A DNA stretch of 54,694 nt from Gemmatimonadales bacterium (GCA_045403135.1 JAXIPC010000105.1:1-54694); one strand, 5' to 3'; counted from the stretch's first letter, positions 31,365 through 48,053 are shown. The notes: generated from the sequence alone by a model not told the origin. Program-made: numbers and translations.

Positions 31365-32129
31365 ATGGCGCGCACCTTTCTGGTCACGCTGCACTACGAC
31401 GGCGGGCGGTTTGCCGGTTGGCAGCGGCAGGCGACGGGGCGCACGGTCCAGGCCGAAATCGAGGCGATTCTACAACAGCTCTGCGAACGCCCGATCCGGG
31501 TTCACGCCGCCGGACGGACCGACGCGGGTGTTCATGCGGTCGGCATGGCGACGAGCTTCACCCTGCCCGACCGGTGGTCGGCGCCATCCCTCCGCAAGTC
31601 GCTCAATTCTCTCCTTCCGGAGGATTGCTGGGCCGAATCGGTCCTCGAGGCCAGGGCCGGTTTCCATGCCCGCACCAAAGCCTTCGGGCGCCGGTATCGC
31701 TATGTGATCGGTACCGACGTGATGGCGGCGTCACCTTTCCGGCGGCGATACGAGTGGGCGCTGGGTAAGCAACTCGATCGGGAGGCACTGGCGGCAGCGG
31801 CGGCCCCGCTGCCGGGGGAACACGACTTCCACGCCTTCAGCGTGCGGCGCTCCCCGGTGGCCCACCGGCGCTGCCGCATCCGGCTGGCACGGTGGGTGGA
31901 ACGCCCCGCGGATGCCGGGCTCGTGTTCGAAATCGCCGCGGACCGGTTTCTTCACCACATGGTCCGTATGCTGGTGGGTACGATGGTGGACATCGGCCTA
32001 GGACGGCGCGCGATTCGCGATATGACTCGACTGCTCGCACTCGACCCGGGCGTGCGCACCAGCCCTCCCGCTCCCGCCGAGGGCCTCTTTTTCGTGGCGG
32101 CCGACTACACTAAGGAATGGCTCACCTGA
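31365..32129 (+). CDS. truA: tRNA pseudouridine(38-40) synthase
   Basis: YDGGRFAGWQRQ, AGRTDAGVHA, FHAR, FLHHMVR, APAEGL. Confidence 0.96.
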   Translation: MARTFLVTLHYDGGRFAGWQRQATGRTVQAEIEAILQQLCERPIRVHAAGRTDAGVHAVGMATSFTLPDRWSAPSLRKSLNSLLPEDCWAESVLEARAGFHARTKAFGRRYRYVIGTDVMAASPFRRRYEWALGKQLDREALAAAAAPLPGEHDFHAFSVRRSPVAHRRCRIRLARWVERPADAGLVFEIAADRFLHHMVRMLVGTMVDIGLGRRAIRDMTRLLALDPGVRTSPPAPAEGLFFVAADYTKEWLT

Positions 32130-33535
32130 TGCGCCGCCTGGTCGCGGCCGTTCTGCTTTGCGCCGTGGCCGCTTCCTGCCGGGGCGCGGACGATGGGATC
32201 GTGCCTCCGGCCCGCGCCCAGCGCGCCGCCCAGAACCAGGCCCTGAACACCTCGCGCCGAACCGCGGTCGTGGACGCGGCCACGCGCGTGGCGCCGGCGG
32301 TGGTTTCGGTCAGCGTCACCTCCCGCCGCCGCGTGGCTGAGCAAGGACCCTGGGATCTCCTCTTCCTGCCGCCCCGCAACGACCAACTGGTGCAATCCTC
32401 GGGCACCGGATTCATCGTGCGCTCCGACGGCGTGATCATCACCAACCAGCATGTGGTGGCTGGTGCGGAGTCGATCACCGTGACGCTGCCCGACGGGACC
32501 GACCTCGAAGGCCGGCTGGTGGGGGAGGATCCCACCACCGACATCGCGGTGATTCGCATCGACCGGCAGAACCTCCCGGTCGCTCCGATGGGCAAGAGCA
32601 CCGACCTGATGATCGGCGAGTGGGTGGTGGCCCTGGGCAACCCCTACGCCTTTCTCCTCGGCAACAACGAACCGACGGTCACCGCCGGCGTCGTGAGCGC
32701 AACCCACCGGAACATTCTGCCCAACAGCGACCAGCCCGGATTGTATCTGGACATGATCCAGACCGATGCCGCCATCAACCCGGGCAATTCCGGCGGGCCC
32801 CTGGCCAACGTGCTGGGCGAGGTGGTCGCGGTCAATTCGTCCATCTTCACCGGCGGGGGCGGCAGTACCGGCTCCATCGGCCTTGGTTTCGCGATCCCCA
32901 TCGAGCGCGCGCTCCGGGTGCAGGAGGAGATTCTTCGCACCGGGAACCTGCGCCGGGCGTGGACCGGGCTCGAGGTCGGCGGTCAGGAGGCGCTCCAGAG
33001 CGGAAGGAAGGAGTCCGGCGTTTCGGTGACCCGGGTGGCGCCCGATGGTCCCGCCGCACGGGTCGGCATCACCCCGGGCGCCGTCCTCATGGAGGCCAAC
33101 GGGCGCCGGCTGCGCAACTACCTCGACTGGGAGGCCGTGAAGCTGGACCTCCATGTCGGTGATGCCGTGACCGTCCGGTTCAAGCGCGGCACCCGCGAGG
33201 AGATCCGTGAGCTCACCACCGGAGACCTCCCCACCAGCACCGCCACCAAGGTCACCGTGCTGCGCGGCCTGGAGGTGGTCTCGGTGACTCCGGCGATTCA
33301 GACCGAGCGCAGTCTACAGACCGGCAAGGGCGCCCTGATCATCCGGATCACCGAAGAGGTCACCCGGGGCACCGGCCTGCAGGAGGGGGATGTGATCCTG
33401 GCCATCAACCGAAGCCTGATCACCACCGCTAAGCAGGTGGCCGATGTGATCGAGTCATTCGGTTCCCGGCAGATGTTCCGGATCTACTTCGAGCGGAATG
33501 GCCAGATGATCTTCACCGACTTGGTGTTCCGGTGA
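32129..33535 (+). CDS. HtrA/DegP-family serine protease with PDZ domains, lipoprotein
   Basis: VAASC lipobox, TNQHVV, TDIAV, IQTDAAINPGNSGGPL; TGATG overlap with truA. Confidence 0.92.
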   Translation: MRRLVAAVLLCAVAASCRGADDGIVPPARAQRAAQNQALNTSRRTAVVDAATRVAPAVVSVSVTSRRRVAEQGPWDLLFLPPRNDQLVQSSGTGFIVRSDGVIITNQHVVAGAESITVTLPDGTDLEGRLVGEDPTTDIAVIRIDRQNLPVAPMGKSTDLMIGEWVVALGNPYAFLLGNNEPTVTAGVVSATHRNILPNSDQPGLYLDMIQTDAAINPGNSGGPLANVLGEVVAVNSSIFTGGGGSTGSIGLGFAIPIERALRVQEEILRTGNLRRAWTGLEVGGQEALQSGRKESGVSVTRVAPDGPAARVGITPGAVLMEANGRRLRNYLDWEAVKLDLHVGDAVTVRFKRGTREEIRELTTGDLPTSTATKVTVLRGLEVVSVTPAIQTERSLQTGKGALIIRITEEVTRGTGLQEGDVILAINRSLITTAKQVADVIESFGSRQMFRIYFERNGQMIFTDLVFR

Positions 33536-34971
33536 GCGGGGCGGCCTACCAGTCCCCCCTCGGCACGCGTTACGCCTCGCCGGCCATGCAACACCTCTGG
33601 GGTGAGGTCAACCGGATCGGGCTCTGGCGGCGGTTGTGGCTGGCCCTGATGGAAACCGAGCAGGAGCTGGGTCTCGACATCCCCGACGAGGCCGTCGAGC
33701 AGCTCCGGTCCCATCTCGATGACATCGATCTGGCGGCCGCGGCGCAGTACGAGCGACGCTTCCGTCACGATGTGATGGCTCACGTGCACGCCCTCGGCGA
33801 TCTGGCCCCCTCCGCCCGCCGCTTCGTTCACCTCGGCGCGACCAGCGCCTTCGTCACCGACAACGCCGATTTGATCGTGATGCGCGACGGCATGCGCCTG
33901 CTGCTGGGACGCCTGGTCGCATTGCTCAACATCCTGGCAACGTTCGCCCGGAAGCGGGCCGCGCTGCCCTGCCTTGCCTACACCCATTTTCAGCCGGCGC
34001 AGCTCACCACGGTGGGGAAGCGCGCCACGCTGTGGGCCCAGGACCTGGCCCTCGACGCCGAAGAACTGTGCCATCGCATCGAGACTCTCCGGTTCCTGGG
34101 CTGCAAGGGCACCACGGGGACCCAGGCCTCGTTCCTCGAGCTCTTCAAGGGAGACGACGCCAAGGTTCGCGAGCTGGACCGGCGAATCGCCGAGCGGATG
34201 GGGTTCGAGCGACCGTTCGCGGTATCGGGACAGACCTACCCCCGGAAGACTGACAGCGCCGTGGTCGACACGCTGTCGGGCATCGCGCAGTCGGCCGCGA
34301 AAATGGCCGGCGACCTGCGCCTGCTGCAGCACGAAGGCGAGTTGCTGGAGCCGTTCGAGTCGGAACAGATCGGCTCGAGTGCCATGGCCTACAAACGGAA
34401 TCCGATGCGGGCGGAACGGATCGGGAGCCTGGCCCGGTTCGTGATTTCGCTGCAGCAGAATCCGGCGCAGACCGCGGCCACCCAGTGGCTCGAGCGCAGC
34501 CTCGACGACAGCGCCAACCGGCGCCTGGTTCTGCCCGAAGCATTCCTCGCCGCCGATGCGATTCTGGTGCTGGCCACCAACATCCTGGCAGGCCTCGAGG
34601 TGCGGGAGCCGGTCATTGCGCGCAACGTCATCGCCCAGATGCCCTTCATGGCCACCGAACGCTGGCTGATGTTGGGCGTGGAATCGGGGGGCGACCGTCA
34701 GGTCCTGCACGAGGTCATCCGGAGCGCGAGCATCGCGGTGTCGGCCCAGGTGAGTACCGGAGGCGAGAACGACCTCAAGCAGCGGTTGGCGTCGCATCCC
34801 GGGTTCGCCCGGGTGCCGGCTGGCGCCTTCGCCGCCGCGCTGGACCCGGCCCAATACACCGGGCGCGCGGAGGCGCAGGTGGGCGAATTCCTGAAGGAAT
34901 ACCTGAACCCGGTACTGGCGCGGGCTGCCGCGATGGCCGCTCCGGTGGCCACCGAGGAGGTCCGGGTTTGA
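33532..34971 (+). CDS. purB: Adenylosuccinate lyase
   Basis: RHDVMAHV, HLGATS, THFQPAQLTTVGKR, GSSAMAYKRNP. Confidence 0.95.
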   Translation: MSGAAYQSPLGTRYASPAMQHLWGEVNRIGLWRRLWLALMETEQELGLDIPDEAVEQLRSHLDDIDLAAAAQYERRFRHDVMAHVHALGDLAPSARRFVHLGATSAFVTDNADLIVMRDGMRLLLGRLVALLNILATFARKRAALPCLAYTHFQPAQLTTVGKRATLWAQDLALDAEELCHRIETLRFLGCKGTTGTQASFLELFKGDDAKVRELDRRIAERMGFERPFAVSGQTYPRKTDSAVVDTLSGIAQSAAKMAGDLRLLQHEGELLEPFESEQIGSSAMAYKRNPMRAERIGSLARFVISLQQNPAQTAATQWLERSLDDSANRRLVLPEAFLAADAILVLATNILAGLEVREPVIARNVIAQMPFMATERWLMLGVESGGDRQVLHEVIRSASIAVSAQVSTGGENDLKQRLASHPGFARVPAGAFAAALDPAQYTGRAEAQVGEFLKEYLNPVLARAAAMAAPVATEEVRV

Positions 34972-35888
34972 CCGTGCTCACGGCCAGCCGCCTCCCGCTG
35001 CCGCTCTGGCGCCGCGGCAAGGTACGGGAAGTGTACGAGGTGGATCACACTCGATTGCTCCTGGTTGCGAGCGATCGGGTGAGCGCGTTCGACGTGGTCA
35101 TGGCCGAGCCGGTCCCGAGAAAGGGCACCGTCCTGACCCAGCTTTCCGCCTTCTGGTTCAGGATGTTGGGACCCCTCGGACCGCATCATTTCCTCACCGC
35201 CGATACTTCAGACATCGTACGCGAGATCCCCGCCCTCGCACCGCATCGAGAGGAGATCGCGGGCCGCTCCATGCTGGTGCGCCGAGCCGCCCCGGTGGCG
35301 TTCGAGTGCGTGATCCGCGGGTACATCTCGGGCTCCGCCTGGCTGGAATATCGGGCGAACGAAACCCTCGCCGGGGAGCGACTCCCCGCCGGTCTGGCGG
35401 AAAGCGGCCGGTTTCCGGTGCCGGTCTTTTCCCCGGCCACCAAGGCGGACAGCGGCCATGACGAGAACGTGACCGAGGCGGCGATGGCGGCGGCGCTCGG
35501 CGAGGAGCGGACCGCGGAGCTCAAGGCCAGGAGCCTCGCGCTCTTCCAGGCCGGGAGCGCGCACGCGGAAAACCGGGGGATCATCATCGCGGATACCAAG
35601 TTCGAGTTCGGCGTCTCGCCCGCCAACGAGCTGCTGCTGATCGACGAGGTGCTGACACCGGATTCGTCCCGGTTCTGGCCGAAGGATCGGTACATTCCCG
35701 GCCAAGGCCAGCCGAGCTTCGACAAGCAGCCCCTGCGAGACTACTTGACCGGGATCAAGCGCCAGTGCGGCTGGAACGGCAATGCGCCGCCGCCGCCGCT
35801 GCCGCCTGAGGTGGTCGCGGCGACCAGCGCGCGATACCTCGAAGCCTACCGGCTCATCACCGGCGCTCCCTTGCCGGAGCATTCATGA
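34968..35888 (+). CDS. purC: SAICAR synthase
   Basis: RGKVREVY, SDRVSAFD, ADTKFEFG, DEVLTPDSSRFW, SFDKQ. Confidence 0.96.
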   Translation: MTVLTASRLPLPLWRRGKVREVYEVDHTRLLLVASDRVSAFDVVMAEPVPRKGTVLTQLSAFWFRMLGPLGPHHFLTADTSDIVREIPALAPHREEIAGRSMLVRRAAPVAFECVIRGYISGSAWLEYRANETLAGERLPAGLAESGRFPVPVFSPATKADSGHDENVTEAAMAAALGEERTAELKARSLALFQAGSAHAENRGIIIADTKFEFGVSPANELLLIDEVLTPDSSRFWPKDRYIPGQGQPSFDKQPLRDYLTGIKRQCGWNGNAPPPPLPPEVVAATSARYLEAYRLITGAPLPEHS

Positions 35889-36514
35889 TGCGGGTGGCAC
35901 CGGAAGGATTGCTCTTCATCGCAATCGCCTGGCTCGGGCTCGGAGTGCTCGCGTGGTTTCAGGTGTGGCCCGGCGTCGTCCTCATGTTCCCGGTGGCCGT
36001 CTGGGTGGTTGCCTTCTTTCGCGACCCGGTGCGCGACGGGCCGAGGGGCGACGAGCTGGTGCTCGCACCCGCGGACGGCAAAGTGGTGAGTGTGATCCCG
36101 ATCGACGAGCCGACTTTTGTCGGCGGACCGGCCACCCGGGTCTCCATCTTCATGAACGTGTTCGACGTGCACGTGAACCGGTATCCGTCCCGGGGAGTCG
36201 TGGCCCACCGAGCCTATGTGAAGGGCAGGTTCGGCCACGCGGGGCCGGAGAAGGCGTCGACCGACAACGAGCAATCGAGCACCGGCGAGGACACGCCGCG
36301 GGGTCGGGTGCTCATCCGTCAGATCGCGGGGTCGGTGGCGCGGCGGATCGTCACCGATCACTCCCAAGGCACGGAGGTGGCGCAGGCGCAGCGCATGGGA
36401 CTGATCCGCTTCGGCTCCCGGGTTGACGTGTTCGTGCCCTCCGGCGTCGATATCCTGGTGAAGGTGGGTGACAAAACCAGGGCGGCTCAAACCGTGATCG
36501 CAAGGTGGAAATGA
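35885..36514 (+). CDS. psd: Phosphatidylserine decarboxylase proenzyme
   Basis: FFRDP, APADGKV, SIFMNVFDVHVNR, QIAG..ARRIV, IRFGSRVDV self-cleavage site. Confidence 0.93.
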   Translation: MMRVAPEGLLFIAIAWLGLGVLAWFQVWPGVVLMFPVAVWVVAFFRDPVRDGPRGDELVLAPADGKVVSVIPIDEPTFVGGPATRVSIFMNVFDVHVNRYPSRGVVAHRAYVKGRFGHAGPEKASTDNEQSSTGEDTPRGRVLIRQIAGSVARRIVTDHSQGTEVAQAQRMGLIRFGSRVDVFVPSGVDILVKVGDKTRAAQTVIARWK

Positions 36515-37278
36515 CCACGGCCTCCGCCCCGCCTCCCCGAGAGGGCATCCGCAAAGTCGTCGTGGTGATTCCGAGCGCCTTCACGCTCGCCAATCTCTTT
36601 TTCGGCTTCTGGTCCATCATCCTGGCCTTCAACGGGAACTTCAAGCAGGCCGGCTGGTTCATCGTCTACGCCGGTATCCTGGATTCGATCGATGGACGGG
36701 TGGCACGGCGCATGGGAACCGGTAGCCGGTTCGGCGCCGAGCTCGACTCCCTGGTGGACCTGGTTTCCTTCGGGGTGGCCCCTGCCCTCCTGGTCTATTT
36801 CCTCGAATTCTCGACCGCCGGCCGGTTCGGGTGGGTGGTCTGCTTCCTCTACGTGGTCGCGGCGGCGCTCCGGCTGGCCCGCTTCAACGTACTCTCCCAC
36901 GGCAAGCCGACTCCGGGGTGGTTCACCGGCCTTCCGTCCCCCGCCGCGGGCATGACGCTGGCCTCGTATTTCGCGTTCAGCCAGACCCAGTGGTACCGGG
37001 CCTCGCTGGCCTACATGGACCTGCAGCACCAGGGCCTGGTGGTGTTGCTCCTCCTGCTCGCCGCGCTGATGGTGAGCAAGGTGCAGTATCCTCGCGGCGG
37101 CCCGATCAGCATCCGGAAGCCCAGCGGGATCGTCGTGCTCGCGGTGCTGCTCGGATTCGTCGTCGGCTCGATCGTGGCCCCGTCCTCGTTCGTGTTTCCG
37201 TTCTTCCTCACCTACATGACCTTCGGCGTGGTGCGCCACGTCGTCTTGAGGCTCCTCGACCTGGGAGGCGACGAATGA
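36511..37278 (+). CDS. pssA: CDP-diacylglycerol--serine O-phosphatidyltransferase
   Basis: DSIDGRVAR...FGAELDSLVDLVSFGVAP, RLARFN, FTGLPSP. Confidence 0.92.
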   Translation: MTTASAPPPREGIRKVVVVIPSAFTLANLFFGFWSIILAFNGNFKQAGWFIVYAGILDSIDGRVARRMGTGSRFGAELDSLVDLVSFGVAPALLVYFLEFSTAGRFGWVVCFLYVVAAALRLARFNVLSHGKPTPGWFTGLPSPAAGMTLASYFAFSQTQWYRASLAYMDLQHQGLVVLLLLLAALMVSKVQYPRGGPISIRKPSGIVVLAVLLGFVVGSIVAPSSFVFPFFLTYMTFGVVRHVVLRLLDLGGDE

Positions 37279-37535
37279 CTTGGCGGGTTCACGTTCGCAT
37301 TCTGCCCCGCATGGGGCTGCTCGACCCGGAGGGCCAGGCGGTGGAGCATGCCCTCGCGGCCCTGCGCTTCCCCGAAGCGAGCAATGTGCATGTCGGGAAG
37401 GCGATCGCACTGGATGTCGCGGCCGGCACCGCGGAGGAGGCCGAGGCGCGGGTGCGCACGATGTGCGAGCAGCTCCTCGCCAATCCGGTGACCGAGGACT
37501 ACGAAATCAAAGTGGAGTCGGGGGCGCCCGCATGA
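37275..37535 (+). CDS. purS: FGAM synthase subunit PurS
   Basis: LLDPEGQAV, VGKAI, LLANPVTEDY. Confidence 0.93.
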   Translation: MTWRVHVRILPRMGLLDPEGQAVEHALAALRFPEASNVHVGKAIALDVAAGTAEEAEARVRTMCEQLLANPVTEDYEIKVESGAPA

Positions 37536-38230
37536 TGCGCGTGGCCGTGGTTCGCTTCCCGGGCAGCAACTGCGAGCCCGAGGCCTGCCGCGCCGTCGAG
37601 CGCGCCGGAGGACAGGCGTTTTACGTCTGGCATCGCGACACCACGCTCTCCGGAGCCGATGCCGTGATACTCCCCGGCGGATTCAGCTACGGCGACTATC
37701 TGCGGAGCGGTGCCATCGCCCGCTTCAGTCCTGTCATGGAGGCCATCAAGGCTCACGCCGCAGCCGGCGGGCCGGTCCTCGGCATCTGCAACGGGTTCCA
37801 GATCCTCTGCGAAGCGGGACTCCTGCCTGGTGCGCTGGTGCGGAATGCCGGACTCAAGTACCTCTCGCGCCCCGTCGACGTCCGGATCGAGCGGGTCGAC
37901 ACACCCTTCACCAGTGCCTACCGCGCCGGCGAAGTGATCCGGCTTCCGATCGGGCACGGGGACGGCCGCTACGTGGCGCCAGAGTCGCAGCTGGCTCTGC
38001 TGGAGGCCGAGGGTCGCGTGGTATTACGCTACGCACCGCTCTCGGGAATGGACGCGCCGGCAAACCCGAACGGCTCGGTGCAGGATATCGCGGCCATCTG
38101 CAGCCCGAGCGGCACCGTCGTCGGCATGATGCCGCATCCCGAGCGACTGGCGGAGCGGGTGCTGGGCTCCGACGCGGGGCATGGCGTCTTTGCGTCCCTG
38201 ATGCAGTTTCGTTCCGCCGAGGTAATCTGA
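37532..38230 (+). CDS. purQ: FGAM synthase glutaminase subunit PurQ
   Basis: FPGSNC, PGGFSYGDYLRSG, GICNGFQIL, GMMPHPER. Confidence 0.96.
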   Translation: MMRVAVVRFPGSNCEPEACRAVERAGGQAFYVWHRDTTLSGADAVILPGGFSYGDYLRSGAIARFSPVMEAIKAHAAAGGPVLGICNGFQILCEAGLLPGALVRNAGLKYLSRPVDVRIERVDTPFTSAYRAGEVIRLPIGHGDGRYVAPESQLALLEAEGRVVLRYAPLSGMDAPANPNGSVQDIAAICSPSGTVVGMMPHPERLAERVLGSDAGHGVFASLMQFRSAEVI

Positions 38231-38261
38231 CCCCTGTTCTCCGACCCCTGACCCCTGCTTT
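38227..38261. repeat. Degenerate heptamer tandem repeat (CTGACCC-type)
   Basis: CTGACCC CTGTTCT CCGACCC CTGACCC CTGCTTT directly after the purQ stop. Confidence 0.6.
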
Positions 38262-38271
38262 CTTGAGTCTT

Positions 38272-38585
38272 ATGTCGACCGACAAACCGAGCCGTAACGA
38301 GGATGAGTATTTCGCCCGCGAGGAGGCCGAGCGCCTGGCCAAGCTGCGGGCCAGGGAGGCCGCCGATCGGATTGCCGCTGAGCGAAAATCGCACCTGCTC
38401 AAGTGCCCCAAGTGCGGGGCTTCGCTCCACTCCGAGACCTTTCACGGCGTGCAGATCGAGCGCTGTCCCGAAGACAACGGGATCTGGCTGGATTCCGGCG
38501 AAATCGACCTCCTGATGAAGGAGGAGGATCCCGGCATCCTGCGCCGAGTCTTCGGCGACGTCGTGGGCTCGCTCCGGAAGCGTAA

Positions 38586-38589
<4 letters not shown>
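38272..38589 (+). CDS. Small zinc-ribbon (zf-TFIIB-like) protein
   Basis: KCPKCG...[15 protein letters not shown]; charged N-terminal helix. Confidence 0.82.
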
Positions 38590-40880
<2,291 letters not shown>

Positions 40881-40881
40881 C

Positions 40882-42275
40882 ATGTGCGGCCTCATCGGAG
40901 TTTCCGGGGTCTCTGACGCGGCGCGGGTGACTTACCTCGGGCTCTACGCCCTGCAGCACCGGGGCCAGGAAAGCGCCGGGATCGTCACCATCGACCCCCA
41001 CTGCCAGGCCCATACCCGCCGCGGGATGGGGCTGGTTGGAGACATCTTCAACACCACCGATCTGCGGGATCTGCCCGGCGACGTGTCGGTGGGCCACACC
41101 CGCTATTCAACCACCGGCAGCTCGGTGCTCGCCAACGCCCAACCCTGCCTGGCCAACTACCGGGGCGGGCCGCTCGCCCTGGCGCACAACGGCAACCTGA
41201 CCAACGCCGCGGCACTCAAGCAGGAGCTGGTGGAGCAAGGAGCGATCTTCCAGTCGTCCTCGGACTCCGAGGTGATCGTTCATCTGATCGCCCGCTCCAT
41301 GGCATCGGATCCGGAAGCCCAGATCCGCGAGGCCCTCTCCCGGATCGAGGGAGCATTCAGCCTGGTGATCTCCGCGGGCAAGACGCTCTACGCCGTGGTC
41401 GACCCGCGCGGCTTTCGTCCCCTGGTGCTCGGCCGTCTGGGCGACGGCATCATCGTCGCCTCGGAGACCTGCGCCCTCGATCTGGTGGGCGCTACCCTGC
41501 TCCGCGAGCTGCTCCCCGGCGAGTTCGTCCGCATCTCTCACGGCGTCATCAAGAACCTTCCCTCGCTGGCACCCAAGCCGGTGAGCCGGTGCGTGTTCGA
41601 GCTGGTGTACTTTGCCCGGCCCGACAGCACCGTGTTCGGCGAATCGGTGGACCGGGTACGCCGCGAGCTGGGCCGCCAGCTGGCCGTGGAGCATCCGGCT
41701 CCGCAAGCCGATGTGGTGTTCAGCGTGCCCGACTCCAGCAACGCCATGGCGCTGGGCTTTGCGGAGCAGAGCGGGCTCAAGCTGGAGCATGGCCTGATCC
41801 GGAATCACTACGTGGGGCGGACGTTCATCAATCCTTCCCAGGCGCTGCGGGTGGCCAAGGTGAAGATCAAGTTCAACCCGGTCAAGGATGTCATCGCCGG
41901 ACGCTCGGTCGTAGTGGTGGACGACAGCCTGGTGCGGGGCACCACCAGCAAGGGTCTGGTGCAGATGATCCGGGGGGCCGGCGCCCGCGAGGTGCATTTC
42001 CGCCTGGCATCGCCACCGATCACCGGACCGTGCCACTACGGCATCGATACCCCGACGGAGGAAGAGCTGATCGCCTCCACCCACTCGGTAGACGAGATCC
42101 GGGATTTCCTCGGCGTGGATACCCTGGGGTACCTCTCCCTCGAGGGCATGCTTCGGGCCGCCGGCGTCCGCAACGAGTTCTGTCATGCCTGCTTCTCCGG
42201 CCGCTACCCGATTCCGGTTGGCCGCCGTGTAAGCACCCCGGCGATCGACCTTTCCCCTCTGGCCACCACTCCTCC

Positions 42276-42279
<4 letters not shown>
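40882..42279 (+). CDS. purF: Amidophosphoribosyltransferase
   Basis: MCG N-terminus, LQHRGQESAG, GHTRYSTTG, VDDSLVRGTT, CHYGID, CHAC. Confidence 0.97.
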
Positions 42280-44945
<2,666 letters not shown>

Positions 44946-47900
44946 TTCTTCGGCAGGGTCACCAGCTAAGACCAGCACCGCGCCGTCGGGGCGCGCGGGA
45001 ATCCCGTTCCGCAGACATTCCTCGAACTCCCCGACCGGACCCGGCTTCCCGTACAAGTACCCTTGCGCCCGGTGGCAGCCCTTGGCCCGCAGGAAATCCG
45101 ACTGCGCCTGGCCTTCCACACCCTCGGCCACGACGTCGAGACCCATCGCTCCGGCCAGCGCGATAATGGCGGTCGTGATCGCCGCGTCGCCCGGATCGCT
45201 GGTGACATTTGCGATGAACGAGCGATCGATCTTGAGGGTGCTGACCGGGAAGTTCTTGAGATAGCTCAGCGACGAATAGCCGGTTCCGAAGTCGTCGATG
45301 GCCAGGCTGATCCCCAGGTCGGCAAGCTCCCGGATGGTCCGCCCCGCCACCCCGGTCGGCTCCATGAGCATCGACTCGGTCAGCTCCAGCGTGAGGTATC
45401 TCGGCTTGAGCCCGGTTTCCATCAGCGTCCTGCGAACCGTGTCCACGATGCCGTCATGGCGAAGCTGCCGCGCCGAGAGATTCACCGAGATGCCGATCGG
45501 GCCCAGACCCGCATCCTCCCAGGTGCGCGCCTGGGTGCACACCGAGCGCAGAATCCACTCGCCGAGCGGCACGATCAAGCCACACTCCTCGCACAGGGAG
45601 ATGAACTCGCCCGGCGAGACCAGGCCCCGCTCGGGGTGGGCCCAGCGCACCAGGGCCTCCGCGCCGGTCGGCTTCAGAGTCCGCAAGTCCACGATCGGCT
45701 GGTACCAGATCGTGAATTCTCCCGACTCGACCGCCTTCCGGAGCTGGCCCTCGAGCTGCATCCGCGCCATCGCCTCGGCGTTCATCGATGCCGAGTACAT
45801 CTGGTAGGTATTGCGACCCTGCTCCTTGGCGTGATACATGGCGACGTCGGCGCTCTTCAGCAGCTCCTCGGTATCGGTGCCGTCGAACGGGTAGATCGCC
45901 ACCCCGACCGACGCGGTGACGAACACTTCCTGGGTGCCGAGGCGGAGCGGTTGCTTGAAGGTCTCCAGCAGCCGGCGGGCCACCCGCACGGCGTCCTGCG
46001 GATCGGAGATGTCGGGCAGGATCACCGTGAACTCATCCCCGCCGAGCCGCGACACTTCGGCCACGGTATCCTCGCCGGCGCGGGCTACGCTGTCGCCCGA
46101 GCGGGAGCAGGCCACCAGGCGGGCCGCCACTTCCTTGAGGAGCACGTCGCCCAGATCGTGCCCGAGCGTATCGTTGATCCGGCTGAAGTGGTCGAGGTCG
46201 AGGAAGCAGACCGCCACGAGCTTGTGGGTCCGCTCGGCTCGCACCAGGGCCTGGGCCAGCCGCTCCCTGTAGAGAACGCGATTCGGCAGGCGGGTCAGGC
46301 TGTCATAAAACGCCAGGAAACGAACTTGATCCACCATGCGCGCGTTCGACAGCGCCACCGCGATCTGGTCCGCCAGCCGCCGCACCTGCGTCGTGTCATC
46401 CTCCTGCACTGCACCGGCCTGGCGCCGCAGGGCGAGGACGCCGAGCAGCTCTCCGCCGTATCCCAGCGGATAGGCTTCCACCACCGATTCCTGACCCGGC
46501 CTGCGAAAATGGGTCAAATAGTCGGGGATCGTGAAGGGGCCGGTGCCGTAGACCAGACGCTCCGGGCTGCGGCGGGTCTCCTTGAGGTCATTAGGGCCGA
46601 GGATGGTGGCGGTCCGGGCGTGACGCGCCTCGCCGGGCAGGGCCGACCAGGTGGTGCCGATCGAGCTGCTGCCGGGCTCGATCAGGGTGATGCTGAGTCC
46701 GTCACAGGGAAAGATCTCGGGAACCCGGTCCAGCACGGTCTGGACGATCGAGGCGCTATCCACGGAGGACAGCACGGCCCGGTCGATCTCCGCCGCGGTT
46801 TTCAGCGCGGAGAACTGCCGGCCGAGCTGGAGTGTCATGGCATTGAAAGAGCCGGCCAGCTCCTCCAGCTCGTCTCCACTCGTCACCTTCACCGGGCTCC
46901 CGAAGTCGCGCCCCGCGATCCGGCGAGTCCCCAGGCGAAGCTCAGCGAGCGGGACGAGGCTCTTGCGGATCTGGCTGATTCCGAGGATCAACACCACGAA
47001 CAGCGCCAAGGCCAGGAAGAGGGGAAAGGTCCGGGAGAATGCCGCCATTGGGGCCAGCACTTCGGAGCGCGGCTCGCTCAGGAGCACCCGCCACGGCGGC
47101 AGCCGGAAGCGCCGGGTTTCCGGCAATGACCACCAGGTCGCGACCGACGCGCCGGACTTGCCGGGCCACTCGACCGAGCCCCTCGGCGCGTTGGCCAAGT
47201 CGCGCAGGAAGCCGGGTGAAACACTGCTCCGGAGGCTGGCCTGCCCGAGCAGCAAACCGAGCTTGGGGTCCCAGACCGACAGATCGACGCTGCCCGGCAG
47301 GGCGTCCTCATCGGTGGCGCTCCAGAGGTAGGTGTGGTCGAGGCGAGCCACGAACCGCCGGGAGGCGGGCGCGCTGGTCGGACGATGCACCAGGAACAGG
47401 CCGAAATCCTCGCTGGGATCGCCCGTCACGATCACGGTGCTCTGCCCGGGCGAGAGCTCGGGCAAACTCAGGGCGTCGATGCCGGATACCCGGTCGGCTC
47501 GTCCGAACAGCACTTTCTGACCCCGGTCCGACACGCGCACCAATCCTTCGACCGCGTACAGCAGGCTTTGACCACAGTCGACGTGGGCCGAATCCATCCC
47601 ATCTCCAACACACCGGTCAAGCCGCGGAAGCACCTTCCGCAGGTCGGTTTCGAGAAACGTCAGGCGATCATAGAGGGTCTTCCCCGCCGCGCTCGCGAGC
47701 GCCGCAAGACGCTCGCGGCTCTGGTCAGTCAACTGCTGGGTGACGGTCAGAAACGACAGGAAGGCAACTGCACAAGTTGGCACGAGCGCGCAGGCCATGA
47801 ACAAGAAGAGCAGCCGACGACCGAAACGACTCCGAAGAAGCAGGCGTTCGGCGAGCGGCCTGGCGGCGTGAACGGGTTCCTGGTTCGGGGTCATGACATC

Positions 47901-48053
47901 CGGATTGGAGGGTTCTGGCCGGGTCTGCCGCCTGGCGGGTGCATTATAGAGCACGCCCCGGGCCATTCACCTCGGCCGGATTAAGTACCAGCAACGGCAA
48001 TGAGTTGCATTCCAACATGAACCGGAGCCAACATTTGCCGGAGTTTTCGTTGC

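Noticed and set aside
41589-42275. N-terminal extension giving a 1118-aa PpdK
   Set aside because: Overlaps purF in another frame; PpdK homology starts at GTG 42276
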